A DNA stretch of 64,000 bases from Epithemia pelagica (Eukaryota > Protista > Bacillariophyta). Of the stretch, positions 34,601 through 46,500 are shown piece by piece. A program made the position numbers and the translations under genes. The notes under the pieces are model-generated. The model did not search any database. It was not told the DNA's origin and saw only the letters and a list, made by a program, of their open reading frames with translations. The stretch's first letter is position 1; each line of letters opens with the position of its first letter. The DNA is taken from the NCBI GenBank assembly GCA_946965045.2, contig OX337239.1, positions 1,488,001-1,552,000 on the forward strand. Direction: 5' to 3'.

Positions 34601-37600
34601 AGACCCACCAATGGTCAGCAGCAACCACGGAGGAAAAATATTTTGGCTTCCGTGCGGGAAATGTCACGAAGAAAACATTCACGAAAACATGCCAAGAACA
34701 GGAGCAAATACGATGAAGACGAAGCGAAGTACGAGGTAGCCGGGAGTGACGAAGAGGATTCAGACGAATCAATGTCGTCTTATTCTCGCAGGGACGAAGA
34801 GGGCTCCTATACTTCTGGTGATGACGATGATGAGGAAGGTAGTTTCTCCTCCGAGGCATACACCGACACTGAAGGGGAAACAACGGATCGAGCATTTTCC
34901 ACCGACGATAACTCGTTCTCAACCAACCAACCTAGTCGCACATTTTCGAGCGAAGCCGATTCCAGTCATTGGTCTCCTCGCTCGAGTATGGACGCAACCG
35001 AACGACGACTTCAACGACATTTTAAGTCAAAACATCAGCAGCAATCAGAATCCGACGCCTTTGATCGTGCCATTCGAACAGATATCAGTGCCAGCGAAAG
35101 CATGGAGGAGAAAAAGGACGACATTGGCCGAAACCAGGCGAATGCAAAAAGCTCGTCCAAGAAACATCGCGAGACCTCGCACGTTCCTGGGGATCCTAGT
35201 CAGGGTCGCTTTGCACATCGCCCAAAGTATATGAGTGAAGTTGGAATGCGTATGTGGACCTTTTTCGCTCTGTATTGCGACGTGAACAACCCTAACGATA
35301 CTTACGTCGACCAAATATCAGCCATTTTCGGGGAAATACCGTTCTCAAAAGTAGAACAACTTGTTCAAATGCATTTACCGTCCTACGCCATTGACTATCT
35401 TAAAATGGACGAAATATTTGGTGCAAGTGGTGAACTCCAAGCGTTTCGTGATGTCGCCAGTCCCAAATGTCGCGAGCTTATTCACAAGACGTGTTTTTTT
35501 GTGGGAACATATGAATTTTGGTCGGATCTTGATTCGAAAACTGGAGAAATCATCAAGAGCTCTGCAAGTGGATATGATCTACCTTTACTTGTGTATTGCA
35601 GGCCCGACGACCGCCACTCATTTGCAGTTCATGCTTTGGAGTGGGCCTTTACCACTCAAGAAGCCACAAACGCTGCGACTACACCAGGTCTGACGGAAGA
35701 GGAAATATGGCAAACTGGTGTCATGCCTGCAGAAACCGGTGTCACGTTCCGCTCTCGACGGAAACAGGTAGTCATGCATTTTACTCAGGATCTCGCTGAA
35801 TACGAAAATGAACAAACTTGTCGTAAGGCTTTGAACACGGACAATAAAGGAGTTGCTCGTCGTTTAGAGTACTACGACGCAACCGAGCATGATCGTCATG
35901 TCGATCGAAGGTATCGGATTGACATCAACGATGATAGATTCAAGCGTCTTGTGGTTGGCAGGGACAGGGAGTTTCTGCTCCAGAACTATCCCTTCGCTTT
36001 TGTCTACAACTTAACGGATTCTCTGGACAATGTCTTCTCAACTTTCGGTGGCCTTGAGTCAAGAGAAGAAGCGAAAAGTGTATGCCGACAAATTGGGGAA
36101 GCGCTTAGATGTATTCACAACTGTTATGTCGTCCATGGAAACGTTTCCATGAGGAATGTTGTCCAAGAATCTAATCCGGACGGAGAACATCGATGGGTTC
36201 TACGAGATTTCTCTTGCGGAAGTGCATCCGTGCTTGGTCAGCCTCAGCCTTTTCTTGGCCGCATCAGTTCGGAAGGTAAACCGTTATTTTCCACCGCGAC
36301 ATTACCTCCCGAGATGTTTGTACAGCTTTCGGAAATAGAACTACAAGCTTATGACCGATATTGGTTGTTCGTTGAAAAAGCATTTTCCGTATCGGTGGAT
36401 CGCTCGGCAATAGACCCAGTTGTCGACTCTGAGTCCGGAGACACCTTCGTTCCAAGATGCTACTACACTCCACCCGCGGGCTCGTCCATTGATCTGCCCC
36501 TTCTACCCTACGATCTGGTTGTCGCGTCTCCGGCCACTGATTACTGGGCTTTTGGCCTTCTCGTATTCGAGATATGCACGGGACGGCCTCTATTTGCGAC
36601 AGAACCACGAAGTGGACGCCTTTTGGAGTTCCATCGCCACGTGAAATGGAGCAACAAAACATCTGCTTCTCTGATATACAACAATGTGAAAGATCATATT
36701 TACCAAGACCTCTTTCTACAGTTGTTGTCGCCTTTATCAAGGCGAGCTGATTTGACATTAGAAAAAATTCTTGGACACCCATTCTTTGCGGAGGAAGAAG
36801 CACTTACAAGCAGCGCTGTTAAAAACATGATCGAAACTCGACGAAGAGACACAGTAGCACACAAGCGGCTTCTACAAAAGAAATTACACGAGAGCTCAGA
36901 AAGTGGGTGGTTGTCACAAAGAACAACAAGGTTAGACTGCTGGGATTTAACAATCCTAGCCAAGTTTCATGAGTCCTCAGCATCTGTTGTCGGCCAAATG
37001 GCAAGTGGAACCCAAGATACAATGGCTTTTCCATCGAGCTTCATTGTTCTACCGTACAAATTTAGCGTTAACTCGAAGTCCCAACTTGTTCCTGAAAACG
37101 TTGAAGATGCCACCACAACTGGAACGTGTTTCATCAACCTTTGCAAAATCTGTTTTCTCGCTTCAGAACTTGGGAGAACAATTGAAGGGATAAACGTGGA
37201 TACAGGAGCAGGCAATCTTCGAAAAGTTTCCATTTCAGATCTGATAGACCGCCTTGATTTGCCTAAGGATGACTTCTCTGAGGCACTGAAACAATGCACT
37301 GATATAGCCTCGCATCATGTTGAATCCTTCAGAGAGAATCCTCATTATGTGGTCCGAAAGATTTTACAAGGAGCGTTGGAGAAATTCTTTGATCTATTTA
37401 TCCAAGGAGATGCGTGGCTCTACATGGTGGATGAGTTCAATTACATTCCAATAGCAGAAGGAGTATGGACTCTTGATGGCACACACCGTGAAGAAGTCGT
37501 GAGGCGCAGCGTTCTTACAACAGTCCTAACTTGTATTTGTTCATGGCGATCGGCTGGTCACATTGCTGGTATAACTGGTCTTTTGAATCAAATTGCTTGT

Positions 37601-37945
37601 CCAGGAACTCCTCAGGAGTGGTCGGAAGCTTCGCGCGGACTAGATCCGACAACATACGATAATGATCATATCATCCTGCAGATATCGGCGCTACAGGACG
37701 CTTTGACTGAGATGACGCAAACTCGACATTCGTTGGGCAACAACGACTTGGCATACCTTCGCGATTATCTGAGTGTTATTGATCCAACGCGCCGGTTAGG
37801 AGGCCTCTGTCGGGCAATGGTATCATCCAACATTGGTTTGTGGACAACGAAACAACAGTGCCAGCAATTGGAATCCCGTTGCAAAAAGTTTTCTATGCAA
37901 GATGCCCTCCGAAGTTATGCGACATCATTGCCAGATGATCAATGA
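31631..37945 (+). CDS. ~2100-aa intronless ankyrin-like repeat protein with a degenerate protein kinase domain
   Basis: Repeats GRVLLHLA, GRTPLHWL, GCLPLHYA, GRNLLHWA, GRLPLHVA, GVYPIHFA. Acidic/Ser linker. Kinase subdomains HGNVSMRN, RDFS, TLPPEMF, DYWAFGLLVFEICTGRPLF, ILGHPFF. Confidence 0.85.
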   Translation: MTTLGSPRTPSSSSTGALSPKPRGHSQQQQQQKSAQPSKRLSSSAQSSSTILRGTLFKMVDSVIRGDRRVKWTHIMEYLEANTYTDHDHQVPLPLESPLPAFCHASKELARELTPCLKSGDSVLRRTVLGGGPQRIVAALCHLAPKALAVPDSKGRVLLHLATRVPVTAGSEAVLQVLLQAHPAALLTRDSYGRTPLHWLLWYHCSERQVDVVSMFCRTLSKQKLYSLPSNLPDTVIQDCNFALPAVPRPQQDHSSSSSSSSKIPPTAAILPDAVYGCLPLHYAVANGASLDVIRTLLLAYPLSKNVTDRYGRTAAHWYLGAGQVVFGNHHTASLLHISGEQPNPHATPWHQTPVHADKLQALLSSRVARTLDGMGRNLLHWACFTLANSIYHSSANDRTQTTIRAARVSGKDTVDCQIQPYMEAIQMAIPILQLLMDAHTNQILGTDEDGQTPFLVLLDTLYNLQSQDVVPLPYPNPYFGGFKDPNMRSSRIGFEFSPVLLRMLMEHPDSGRALMDQSNKRSDSNRQQQQRQPQTMFPASIEDSKGRLPLHVAVAIGCGIQTLSTLVQAHPTGLVHTTDTYQSPLHMALCNPLVTPYWTASTLTVLLQTYHTGSSPLGGDGHGSVVVDGRMALKMEDMNGVYPIHFATQNNASVRVLESLLQAYPAIALQVRHDSQDLAVFHVMPNHMTTKEEEDDDRKDDRDAELSIKSYDAQFRDMMHDLLRGQESSQTTTHSPSSISARQKKHIFNEVLPVLKQKLQLFIPILLQDAESSSNASLLQRPDSRHHMHLLHVAVLFQGATYSQLAQLLKLFPDSAKHICNCLQDPPPPQDQLPDEGSTCEKEPATPPEWTVLDLHEAVQPHWLGESMDEWHHIRQLLFAHFPFVPSHRRRQELLTQCVHIVVQEVAYKPKLTEDEYRDDKDPTLQSSFHWYALQEAAEEEMNAPDVEISHSLSAIENSVRLSLNIRQPPLPIGPSNRLRGSRTKGSSSRPTNGQQQPRRKNILASVREMSRRKHSRKHAKNRSKYDEDEAKYEVAGSDEEDSDESMSSYSRRDEEGSYTSGDDDDEEGSFSSEAYTDTEGETTDRAFSTDDNSFSTNQPSRTFSSEADSSHWSPRSSMDATERRLQRHFKSKHQQQSESDAFDRAIRTDISASESMEEKKDDIGRNQANAKSSSKKHRETSHVPGDPSQGRFAHRPKYMSEVGMRMWTFFALYCDVNNPNDTYVDQISAIFGEIPFSKVEQLVQMHLPSYAIDYLKMDEIFGASGELQAFRDVASPKCRELIHKTCFFVGTYEFWSDLDSKTGEIIKSSASGYDLPLLVYCRPDDRHSFAVHALEWAFTTQEATNAATTPGLTEEEIWQTGVMPAETGVTFRSRRKQVVMHFTQDLAEYENEQTCRKALNTDNKGVARRLEYYDATEHDRHVDRRYRIDINDDRFKRLVVGRDREFLLQNYPFAFVYNLTDSLDNVFSTFGGLESREEAKSVCRQIGEALRCIHNCYVVHGNVSMRNVVQESNPDGEHRWVLRDFSCGSASVLGQPQPFLGRISSEGKPLFSTATLPPEMFVQLSEIELQAYDRYWLFVEKAFSVSVDRSAIDPVVDSESGDTFVPRCYYTPPAGSSIDLPLLPYDLVVASPATDYWAFGLLVFEICTGRPLFATEPRSGRLLEFHRHVKWSNKTSASLIYNNVKDHIYQDLFLQLLSPLSRRADLTLEKILGHPFFAEEEALTSSAVKNMIETRRRDTVAHKRLLQKKLHESSESGWLSQRTTRLDCWDLTILAKFHESSASVVGQMASGTQDTMAFPSSFIVLPYKFSVNSKSQLVPENVEDATTTGTCFINLCKICFLASELGRTIEGINVDTGAGNLRKVSISDLIDRLDLPKDDFSEALKQCTDIASHHVESFRENPHYVVRKILQGALEKFFDLFIQGDAWLYMVDEFNYIPIAEGVWTLDGTHREEVVRRSVLTTVLTCICSWRSAGHIAGITGLLNQIACPGTPQEWSEASRGLDPTTYDNDHIILQISALQDALTEMTQTRHSLGNNDLAYLRDYLSVIDPTRRLGGLCRAMVSSNIGLWTTKQQCQQLESRCKKFSMQDALRSYATSLPDDQ

Positions 37946-38826
37946 AAAACGATGACAGTGTCATAGATATCGAGGTTTATTTTGACTTGGAGTTTTGGAA
38001 ACGATTCTATATCTTGTGAAAGGACAATGATCACTCGTTTTTAGTTGACCGCGATAGCGCTTCCTAGCGAACACAGCTATGTAGTCCCGCCGTATGAATC
38101 AGGACTACTCGCGATGATACAAAAGGGAGGACAATATGATCGCCGTGAGTCGACAGCCCGAGGGAAAAGATCGGATCGTTTGTCGTGTGCTGTTCTGCTT
38201 CTTGCCTTTGAACTACCTAGTTTTTGTCAACTATTCCAATCTATCCGAATACAGAATGGAAGTACCGGGTTCGAACAATTCGTGGGCCCATCATCTCTGG
38301 AACAGAATGACTGTATCAATGGAAATCACTATTTGTACTCTGTTGGCAGCTTTGACAGTTGACAGTATCTACAACAAAATTACCGCTGACCTCCAATTCG
38401 TTTCGCAGACTGCCTAGGTAGTCATTGTATGTGCGCCTCAGGCTTGTGCTGGCTCTAGAGAGAAGCTGATCACTTTAGCTACGAAGCCCGATGAACCTCA
38501 TTTTATGAAAACGCTGCGCTGTGTTCTTGCATTGATTGAGCAATCGCTTACATTGAAAGAGATAAAGGGGAGACGGTATTCTTCGCCTCTACCCCAGGTT
38601 GTAGAGTTGGAGGAGACATCTTGTCTATTACACCTATAGCGTTTAAACACGTTAATGTTAGGAAAAAAGTGAGAACTTTATCAATATGCAGGCTCTGGGA
38701 AGTGTTTCTGTGACGCACTCGTCTGTCCTCTGCCAGTGTGTTCCTTGGGACTTGATGGACGCATCAGCGCCTCTCGCGCCTCTCGACAGCCTTCACACAA
38801 CGAGGAAGAACACATCAGTCGTCACC

Positions 38827-39282
38827 ATGATGAAAATTGGACTACTCCTAGCGGCTCTCATGCTGTCCCTCTCTGCCGTGTGCAATGGATTCAGTCCAGT
38901 GCGGCCTAACTTTCTAACCCACGGTATGTCGTGCCGCAGTCGTTGACGTGGTTTTTCGTTTTCCGATGAATTCGCAGCCTTACATTATACGTCACTTTCC
39001 TTTACGTGTTGGGACCCATTCTGGCTCATAGAAAAATGTTCTCCGACTGAGTTGTATGGAGCCGTCAAGGTTAAGATTGAAATCGGGGAAGGCGAACCGA
39101 TTGAAAGTGCTCTTCGACGATTCAAGCGCGAAGTGAGCAAGTCGGGACATTTGATGGAACTTCGACACCGGCGGTACTTTGAGAACTCACAGGAACGCAA
39201 GAAGCGTAAGGTGAAGGAAGCTCGATTGAGGAAGAAATTTGAACGCATGCAGAGGCGCCGCACCCGACAGCAACAAGTGTAA
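38827..39282 (+). CDS. rps21: Nucleus-encoded plastid ribosomal protein bS21 (2 exons)
   Basis: Exon 1 (38827-38923) encodes MMKIGLLLAALMLSLSAVCNG|FSP. GTATGT donor at 38924; in-frame acceptors at 38977 or 39031. S21 core GEGEPIESALRRFKREVSKSGHLMELRHRRYFENSQERKKRK. Confidence 0.9.
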
Positions 39283-39870
39283 GGTAGTTCTTTTGTGGAA
39301 CGAAGAGTGAAATTGTCCATGCAAATACAGTCGAAACAATGTTTTAACATAAACCATGTCGAGAATTTTAACTATTTTGATGCAACGATGTCGAGAATTT
39401 GAACGTCATCGATGGGGAAATTATTTATCAGGGCAAGCGTTTGCTTGATCTTTCAATACTTCTCATGGTGGTGAGCCTTGTTTCTAAAGATAAATCTCTT
39501 CTCTGTCAACGACATAGTGTCGTCCATGAAATTGTTGCATGCCGCTTCTTAGATCCATTGAAGTCGAAACCGATGTGCAGTCGTCCAAGAGTATTCGATT
39601 TTGCCTTATTGAATGAAGCGCCAAGGTCGTCCAGAGTGTCATCGTTCATCGTCCCTTTTCTCTTTTCGTGACGTAGTACCGGGGACTGGACTGGTGCGTA
39701 AGGTTACAGCGCGAGACGTCAACAAAAGCGAAGAGCTGATCCGGTATCCGGTAGTCAGTATTTTCCCCGACTCACGACTCACTCTCTCGTAAGAAGGTTA
39801 TCGTCAAAAGATACCAAACAAGATTGAGGACCGGAAACATTTCGCATTCAAAGTGTTCTCCACTGTTATC

Positions 39871-40473
39871 ATGAGCGCTAGTTCTTCTGTTGGAAAGGTG
39901 GCGTCAGCCTTTATCACTCGAAAGGGTGCAGGCAAGATCTTTGCTCCCAGTGGCGCTGGAGCCGCAGCCGCCAAGGCCTTGGCGGCTGCGGCCAAACAAA
40001 AAACCGAAGAACTACCTCCTACTGTCTTTAGCATGGGCCCCGATCGTACCGTCCATTTCTTGTTGGATCCAGAAGATACGAATAATGCGCTTTCGCTAAT
40101 GGAAGAAAGCATGCAACCCGGTGATTCGACGCCCATGCATTCGCACGTCACAGAAGACGAGTTCTTCTACTTTGTCAAGGGCCAATTCAAGGTCATTGTT
40201 GGTCCGGATGTGTTGGATGTGGGACCTGGTGATTCTGCCTTTGTTCCTCGCGGGACGGTTCATGGATGGATCAATATGAGTGATGCACCTGGTAAAATGC
40301 TTATTGGATTTACTCCCTCGGCCAAAGGACATTTGCTCTTGCCCCTCGTGCAAACGCCGAAATTCAAAGAATTGACGCCCGAACAAATGCGCGACGATTA
40401 TGATTTTGTGATTCATGGTCCTCCATTGACAAAGGATAGTCCTTTATTGGTATCGGGGTACCGGGGGGGATGA
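39871..40473 (+). CDS. Cupin_2 domain protein
   Basis: Motif 1 PGDSTPMHSHVTEDEFFYF and motif 2 GPGDSAFVPRGTVHGW with intact His/His/Glu/His ligands. Ala-rich N-terminal extension; intronless. Confidence 0.85.
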   Translation: MSASSSVGKVASAFITRKGAGKIFAPSGAGAAAAKALAAAAKQKTEELPPTVFSMGPDRTVHFLLDPEDTNNALSLMEESMQPGDSTPMHSHVTEDEFFYFVKGQFKVIVGPDVLDVGPGDSAFVPRGTVHGWINMSDAPGKMLIGFTPSAKGHLLLPLVQTPKFKELTPEQMRDDYDFVIHGPPLTKDSPLLVSGYRGG

Positions 40474-40827
40474 GATGGACCACCCATGAGGACATGAAAC
40501 CGACATCATTTCTTGGCAGCAGAGAACCGATCAACTGTGAGGTCAATCGAACAAGACAGCTGTTGATTTTCATGTATTATGGATACTATATACTTGACTT
40601 GACAGAGGTGGTCTTCACATATGCAACCGAATTTCTGTTTCTTCCACCCTACCGCTAAACATGCTCATGCTGGACCAGATGAACCTTAGAGAAAATCAAA
40701 GTGCTCCTAGTAAAGTCACATTGGTCACAACACATCAACTTGGTGTAGCCCCAGAATAATAACAACAACTAGTATTCGTTCACTTTCCGTTGCGACCCCC
40801 GCCAAAGATCAACCACGACAAACACCA

Positions 40828-42207
40828 TCAAGTTCGAATTCTCTTTAGTGGCCTACTGCCAGTTGCGTCAAGGTCTGAGGCTTGCTGTTGATGATGATGT
40901 TTCAAATCGTAGGATATACCATCCACAGTTTCTGTGGAAGGTTCCAACGAATGGTGGCGATGATGATGATCCTCGTGTCCTACACCAACCTCCCCGATGG
41001 CAGTGTCGTCTACTCGATCAGCAATAGTGTCCCCAGTAACCCCAGTTTCTGTTCCGTCAACCCCAGAAAGTTTTTCTTCATGCGTCGACAAACGCTCATG
41101 GGTTGAGTGAGACAAATTCTGTTCATCAGTCTCGTCTTGATCATCATCATGATGGTGATGATCATTTTGTCGACTGGCATCTTGGTTCGTATTGGATTGG
41201 CTATCCTGGATGGTTACGTTCTCACAATCTGATTTGCTATCTTCCTGACAGGGTTTCAGGTTAATACCCTTGGGCAACAAGAGCAGGTGAACAGGTCCTT
41301 CGGAATGTAGTATATCCTTGACCTGTTCTACCGAAACAGCGTTCCAGTCATTCCCCCTGGGGTTTGGACGATGAACCCACGTCTGTTCCCGTGGGAGATC
41401 CGTCGTAGATGTAAATAAGCCAAGCCCATTGAGCAGCCAATGAGGATTGCGACTTTGAAAGGCCATTTTGCAGGGATCCCCCGTAATTTCTTGGGCAATC
41501 TGGAAGGGACCATTCGTAAACGGCACATAGACATTGGGTGCAATGCACTGCAAAAAGCGTCGGCCCCGTACGTGGGTCAAAAAGTGGTAAATGTGCTGTG
41601 CATGGACGGATTGGTAATGTGTTGGCAAGCTGGCAAAGAGGACTGCGTTGGCAAGCAAGAGACGTTGGTATTCCAAATTGGCCTCTCGCGTCCGCGAATG
41701 TTCCAGCCCCGTCGAGATGATAATGTCCGCATCGGTGCATTCCACACCTGGAATCCCTGGATTCATGGGTCCCCCAGACGGCCATCCAGAACCTGCATGT
41801 GAGTTCCAGCTTCCATACGAGCCGTATTGTTGTGGTTGTTGCTGGGGTTGTCCGTAGGGTTGATGCGATTGTGGTTGCTGAGAAGGCGGTGGATGCGACA
41901 TTGGATGATAGCCGGAGCCATGAGAGTGGGCACCCATGTAGGAAGACTGTCCCCCATCCATTACATCACCTGGCCCCACCAGATGATCTTGTGGTTCCTG
42001 TAGCATTCACATTAATAATGAGAACCAGAGAGTGAGGGAATCGTTGTTTATGTTTGCATCGTTTACCTGACAATGGGCGGACGACAACTGAACTGAACTG
42101 TGAACTGTTGAATCTACATTCTACAGGAACGGACATACCTGAGGTGGCAAACTTCCTGGATCATCGTCTTGCTTGATGACCGGAACGTCGTGGCCTCCTG
42201 CTTCCAT
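40828..42207 (-). CDS. Gln/His-rich protein with a degenerate DUF6824-like domain (exons 42139-42207 and 40828-41997)
   Basis: A phase-0 GTATGT...CTACAG intron (41998-42138) joins MEAGGHDVP...LPPQ|EPQDH. DIIISTG...ANLEYQRLL...RGRRFLQ resembles the DVL.GRG...GN..YR.L...GGRFL DUF6824 pattern. Confidence 0.65.
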
Positions 42208-43514
42208 CTTGTCGTCACCACACTCGCAATTAGATTTGTTGTGGATTTTCAAATCGAGAGGGTTGTTATTGTTAGGTTGCTCTGGCGGCGACAAGCTACT
42301 TCCTGCACCTCTTTGAGCAGTTTGCTTCCAAAAGCAGTACAACTATCATGTACAGAGACGCGTTGGTGCGTTGGGGGAAGGGTCTCTGCGGGTTTTGAAT
42401 AAGTCGGCCTTTGCGAACAGTTCGGCTCAGGGTTTTGTGTCCTGACTATTTCAGTACATTTTCTCTATAGTGATGCGTCCGTTGGATTCCTCAGTTGAGT
42501 AGGTTGTATAGGGCTTTGTGTAGTATCCTGGCATGCGTTCCTACGCCGGCCGTTGATGCGTTCGCGCGAGCCCGCCTTGTCATTACAGCAAAGTTCACAG
42601 TGAAGCACAGTGATTTCAATAGTAGGGGTCGAGTAGCACGCGTCGGCCCCCCAGCGACTGAACCCGACTGGTCTACGTCTCAAGTCTACAAGGCACGGTC
42701 TCACATTTTTCTCTTCTCTTTTCAACAAATGCGAACATGGACGCTGCCGTGTTCTCTTACCTAGGCTGTTCCTTATATGCTGCCAATTGAGCGAAAAGAA
42801 AAATGCTTGCCCCTGAATCGGTAACTGAATTATGAATACAGTAGCGACAAGGCAGACAAGTTCCATCCTAAACTTCATAATACGTGAAGAGCGACAAGGC
42901 TTATGTGGTCCGCCTCAGAATGACATTGCTCTCCATTCCGAACGGGTATTGATTCATTCCTCCCGAGGAGTGAGAATGACGGTTCGTTGTCACTCGATTC
43001 GCTGGAAGATTGGCGAATGATGGAATGAGACGATAAATCTTTGATACAACACATGGCTTATGCCAATGAACGAAAAAAGGGAAATTGGTTGATGATAGAT
43101 TTGTCATCATAGTTTCTTACCTTAAAGTGGTGGTACCGAGAATGGATTCTTCGTGTTTGTTTCGGTTAATCCTACTACTCCTAGGAGTACTTTTGGTTGC
43201 CCCTACTCCTGTTTCGAAAGCAAGGCTAAAGGCTACCTTGTCGAGAAGGGTCAAACTACCGGTACGAGTATGACACGTCATGGTCATAGAGCCTACAACT
43301 CAGCGTCGAGTCCAGTACGTCAGTAATAAGATTCCATTTAGCCCTGATGTGATTCGCCGGGGGTAGTTCTGAAAAGGGCAGTAGAAAGTAGGATGTCTTC
43401 GAAGATCCACCATGTCCCAACAAGGATACGAGAAATAGGGTTTGTGCATGTTTCAATACATTCGACGACTAATCCATTGGCCCACAACTAGAAGATAACA
43501 AGAACATTTTTATC

Positions 43515-46500
43515 ATGGAAGGTCTCGAGAAATCCTTGAGTCAGTTTAGTCTCTTGGGGGGCGAACGAAGGAACTCCACCACTTTGGATGGAACCATTCT
43601 TGTCGACGAACAACCAGCGACTGCTGCTCCGAATCCACAGCACCATGTCAACAATTTGGATCTCATGGACTTTGGTCGAACACGTCGGAGTCGTATGTCG
43701 TTTGTGGCACCAGATGCTACGGCCGGACCATTGTTTCGACGACCGAAAAAGGAACCAGCAGCTGCAGCAGGCGACCAAACCAATGGCTTGGCCCCAACGA
43801 CCACCACCACAGATTACGGTGCTTTGTTGGCCGCATTTGATCAAGTCAACCAACAAGATGTCGAAGATGACGACAATGACCTGGAAGACGAATACCAGGA
43901 AGAGCGGAAAAAATTCCGACCATCGTCCTCTCCTTCTCATCCATGTCCCGCCCATCGACCACTCCGTCTTGTTCGACAAGGATTGAGTGAGATTGTGGAA
44001 CAATTGCCAGCCATTTTCGCCACAGTTGTGTTAAGTCTTATGGTGGCCATTCCATTTGGTGCCGCCTACTTTCCCATTCAGTGGAGCAGCAGCGGGAGTA
44101 TGGACGAGGATAGCAATGCCAGTAGCAATGGTGGCGACGATCCAGACGCTGACATTCATGGAGTATTTCCCCTACCAGGGAAAGAGTCTTTGGGTATCCG
44201 AATGGCTCTCTTTGCCACTTGTATGGGACAATTTGTCATGACGTTTTCAAGTGGATTTGAGAATCCAATTGCTTTTCAATTGTTAGAGAACGTACCCTTT
44301 TATCATGCTTTGGCCCATGTAAGTGGTGTCTTCGCGTTGTTGTCGGCTCTTGATCAGCTCTCATCTTATAATGCCGCTTTTGTTTTGCGTCTGCAAACTT
44401 TCGATCTCACTACAAACCGCAGATTGTCATTGAAGAGCAAGGCTATGGTATGGATGCTCTCGCAACACTCTTCTTTTTGTTTGGTTTGTCCTCGGTAATG
44501 GTTGGTTTGCTGTTTTACACATTGGGTCGGTTAAAGTTGGGTCGAATCGTGTACTTTTTCCCGGCCCATGTCTTGGTTGGCTGCATTGGTGGCATTGGAG
44601 TATTTGTTGCCACTTCTTCCATTGAGGTGACCAACAATCAAGACTTTTCCTTTGACATGGACGGAATTCGAGGCTTTATTGACAATATTCATTTGTTTTC
44701 ATTGGTGATTGGGTTTGAAGTGATACTACGCATCCTGTCGGCTGTATTGGTCGATAAGGACGGAAATCAAAAGTTCAGGTTTCTGGCTCCAATTTACTTT
44801 TGTTCCATTGTACCAATCTTTTATCTCGGACTGTATCTCTTGGGATTTACAACGGATCAAGCACGAGAGTGGGGGTACCTATTCCCAGATCCATCGTGCA
44901 CGGGCGACAATGCGGCGGATTGTGGATCGATTTCGTTTCACGAGAAAGTCTTCAACGGACACGTTTTGGATATCTTGCGAATTCTGGACTTTCGCTTAAT
45001 CAACTGGACTGCAGTTAGCAAGAGTATGGGAACAGTTCTGGCTCTGTGTTCCTTTTCCATGATTCATGTATGTTTGATTTGTGGAATGTCCTTGGAACAG
45101 AGTTTTCTTGCTCACTCAGCTCTTGTTTTATTTGGTCAATCTGGCGCTTTAGGTCCCCATTAACATTCCGGCATTTGCTGTTTCGTCCAATGTGGATGTC
45201 GATATGAATAAGGAACTCATGTCGCATGGGTATTCCAACATGCTCTCAGGTGTGTTTGGTGGTTTGCAGAACGTGATGACCTACAGTTGCAGTGTTCTTT
45301 TTCAAAAATCTGGAGGGCGGGGAATCCCTAGTTGTTTGACAGTCGCTGCTGGTATGGCTCTCTTGTTTGTGTATGGACCTGCTGTTGCAGTTTATTTCCC
45401 GCGTTGCATGGCTGGAACATTATTGTTACATATCGGGTTGGATTTATTTCTGGAGGGATGCTACGACTCCTATGGTAACTTTGATGCTTTGGAATATGCT
45501 GGGATTTGGTTCATTACCATTGTCATGACGACGATGGGGATGGCAGCCGGACTTGTGGCTGGAATCTTGTCCGCTCTGTCCACCTACGCACTCCAGTCCA
45601 TTTCAAACATTAAACCAATTTTCCGCATCATGCATGCAACAACATTGCGCAGTAGTTCTTGGGAACGCCCTTCGGGAGCCATGACGATTCTTGACAGTCC
45701 CTTGACGGGCAGAGCCCGTATTCTGATTTTTCAGCTTCAGGGTCATTTGTTTTTTGGAAATGCGGCAGTAAGCTTATGGAGAACATGGAACCAGTCTCAT
45801 GGAATAGTCTTTCTGACTTCTGTTGTTCTTTGTTCTTTCTTCTTTTCTTAACCCGCTGAAAACCAACATAGGAGCTGACGGACAGTGTCAAGGCAAGACT
45901 TTCTGCAGATCAAGGAACCGACAGATACCCATTTGTTGTAATATTGGACTTTTCTCTTGTGGTGGGAATGGATTCGTCTGCAGCACATGCGATTGCCAAG
46001 CTCAAGGACATGATGCACAAACGATATCAAATAGAAGTGAACATATTTGTGACAGGCAGCCACCGCGAAGGCTTCCCTTGCGAATACTCTCTGGCCAGAG
46101 CACTGAAGGAGACGGAGCCGGCACAAAATTGGGCGAGTGTGGATTATAACGATGTGGCGGCGACGTCACCCGATCCGTCGAGAGCGCGACGGGGCTCCGT
46201 GTCAGTGTTGGCCAACTCCAAAGCCATTGAAGCAATTCAGTTGGTACGCGACTATCCAAAAAATCGTGTATGCACCTGCTTAGACGAAGCATTGATCTTT
46301 GCCGAAGATATTCTGGTGGCAAGAGAGAACCCAATCTTTTTGATGACTGCAGCGAAACGACTTGCTGGAGAACCATTTCCGGAAGAAGACGACGGTCATG
46401 CCGTATGCGAATCGGAAGAAAGACAGTTGGCTGTTTCTATGATGGAAAGCATTGTTCCAATGACAGTGACGCCTGCCGTCAGGAGGAGTATTTCCGTGTT

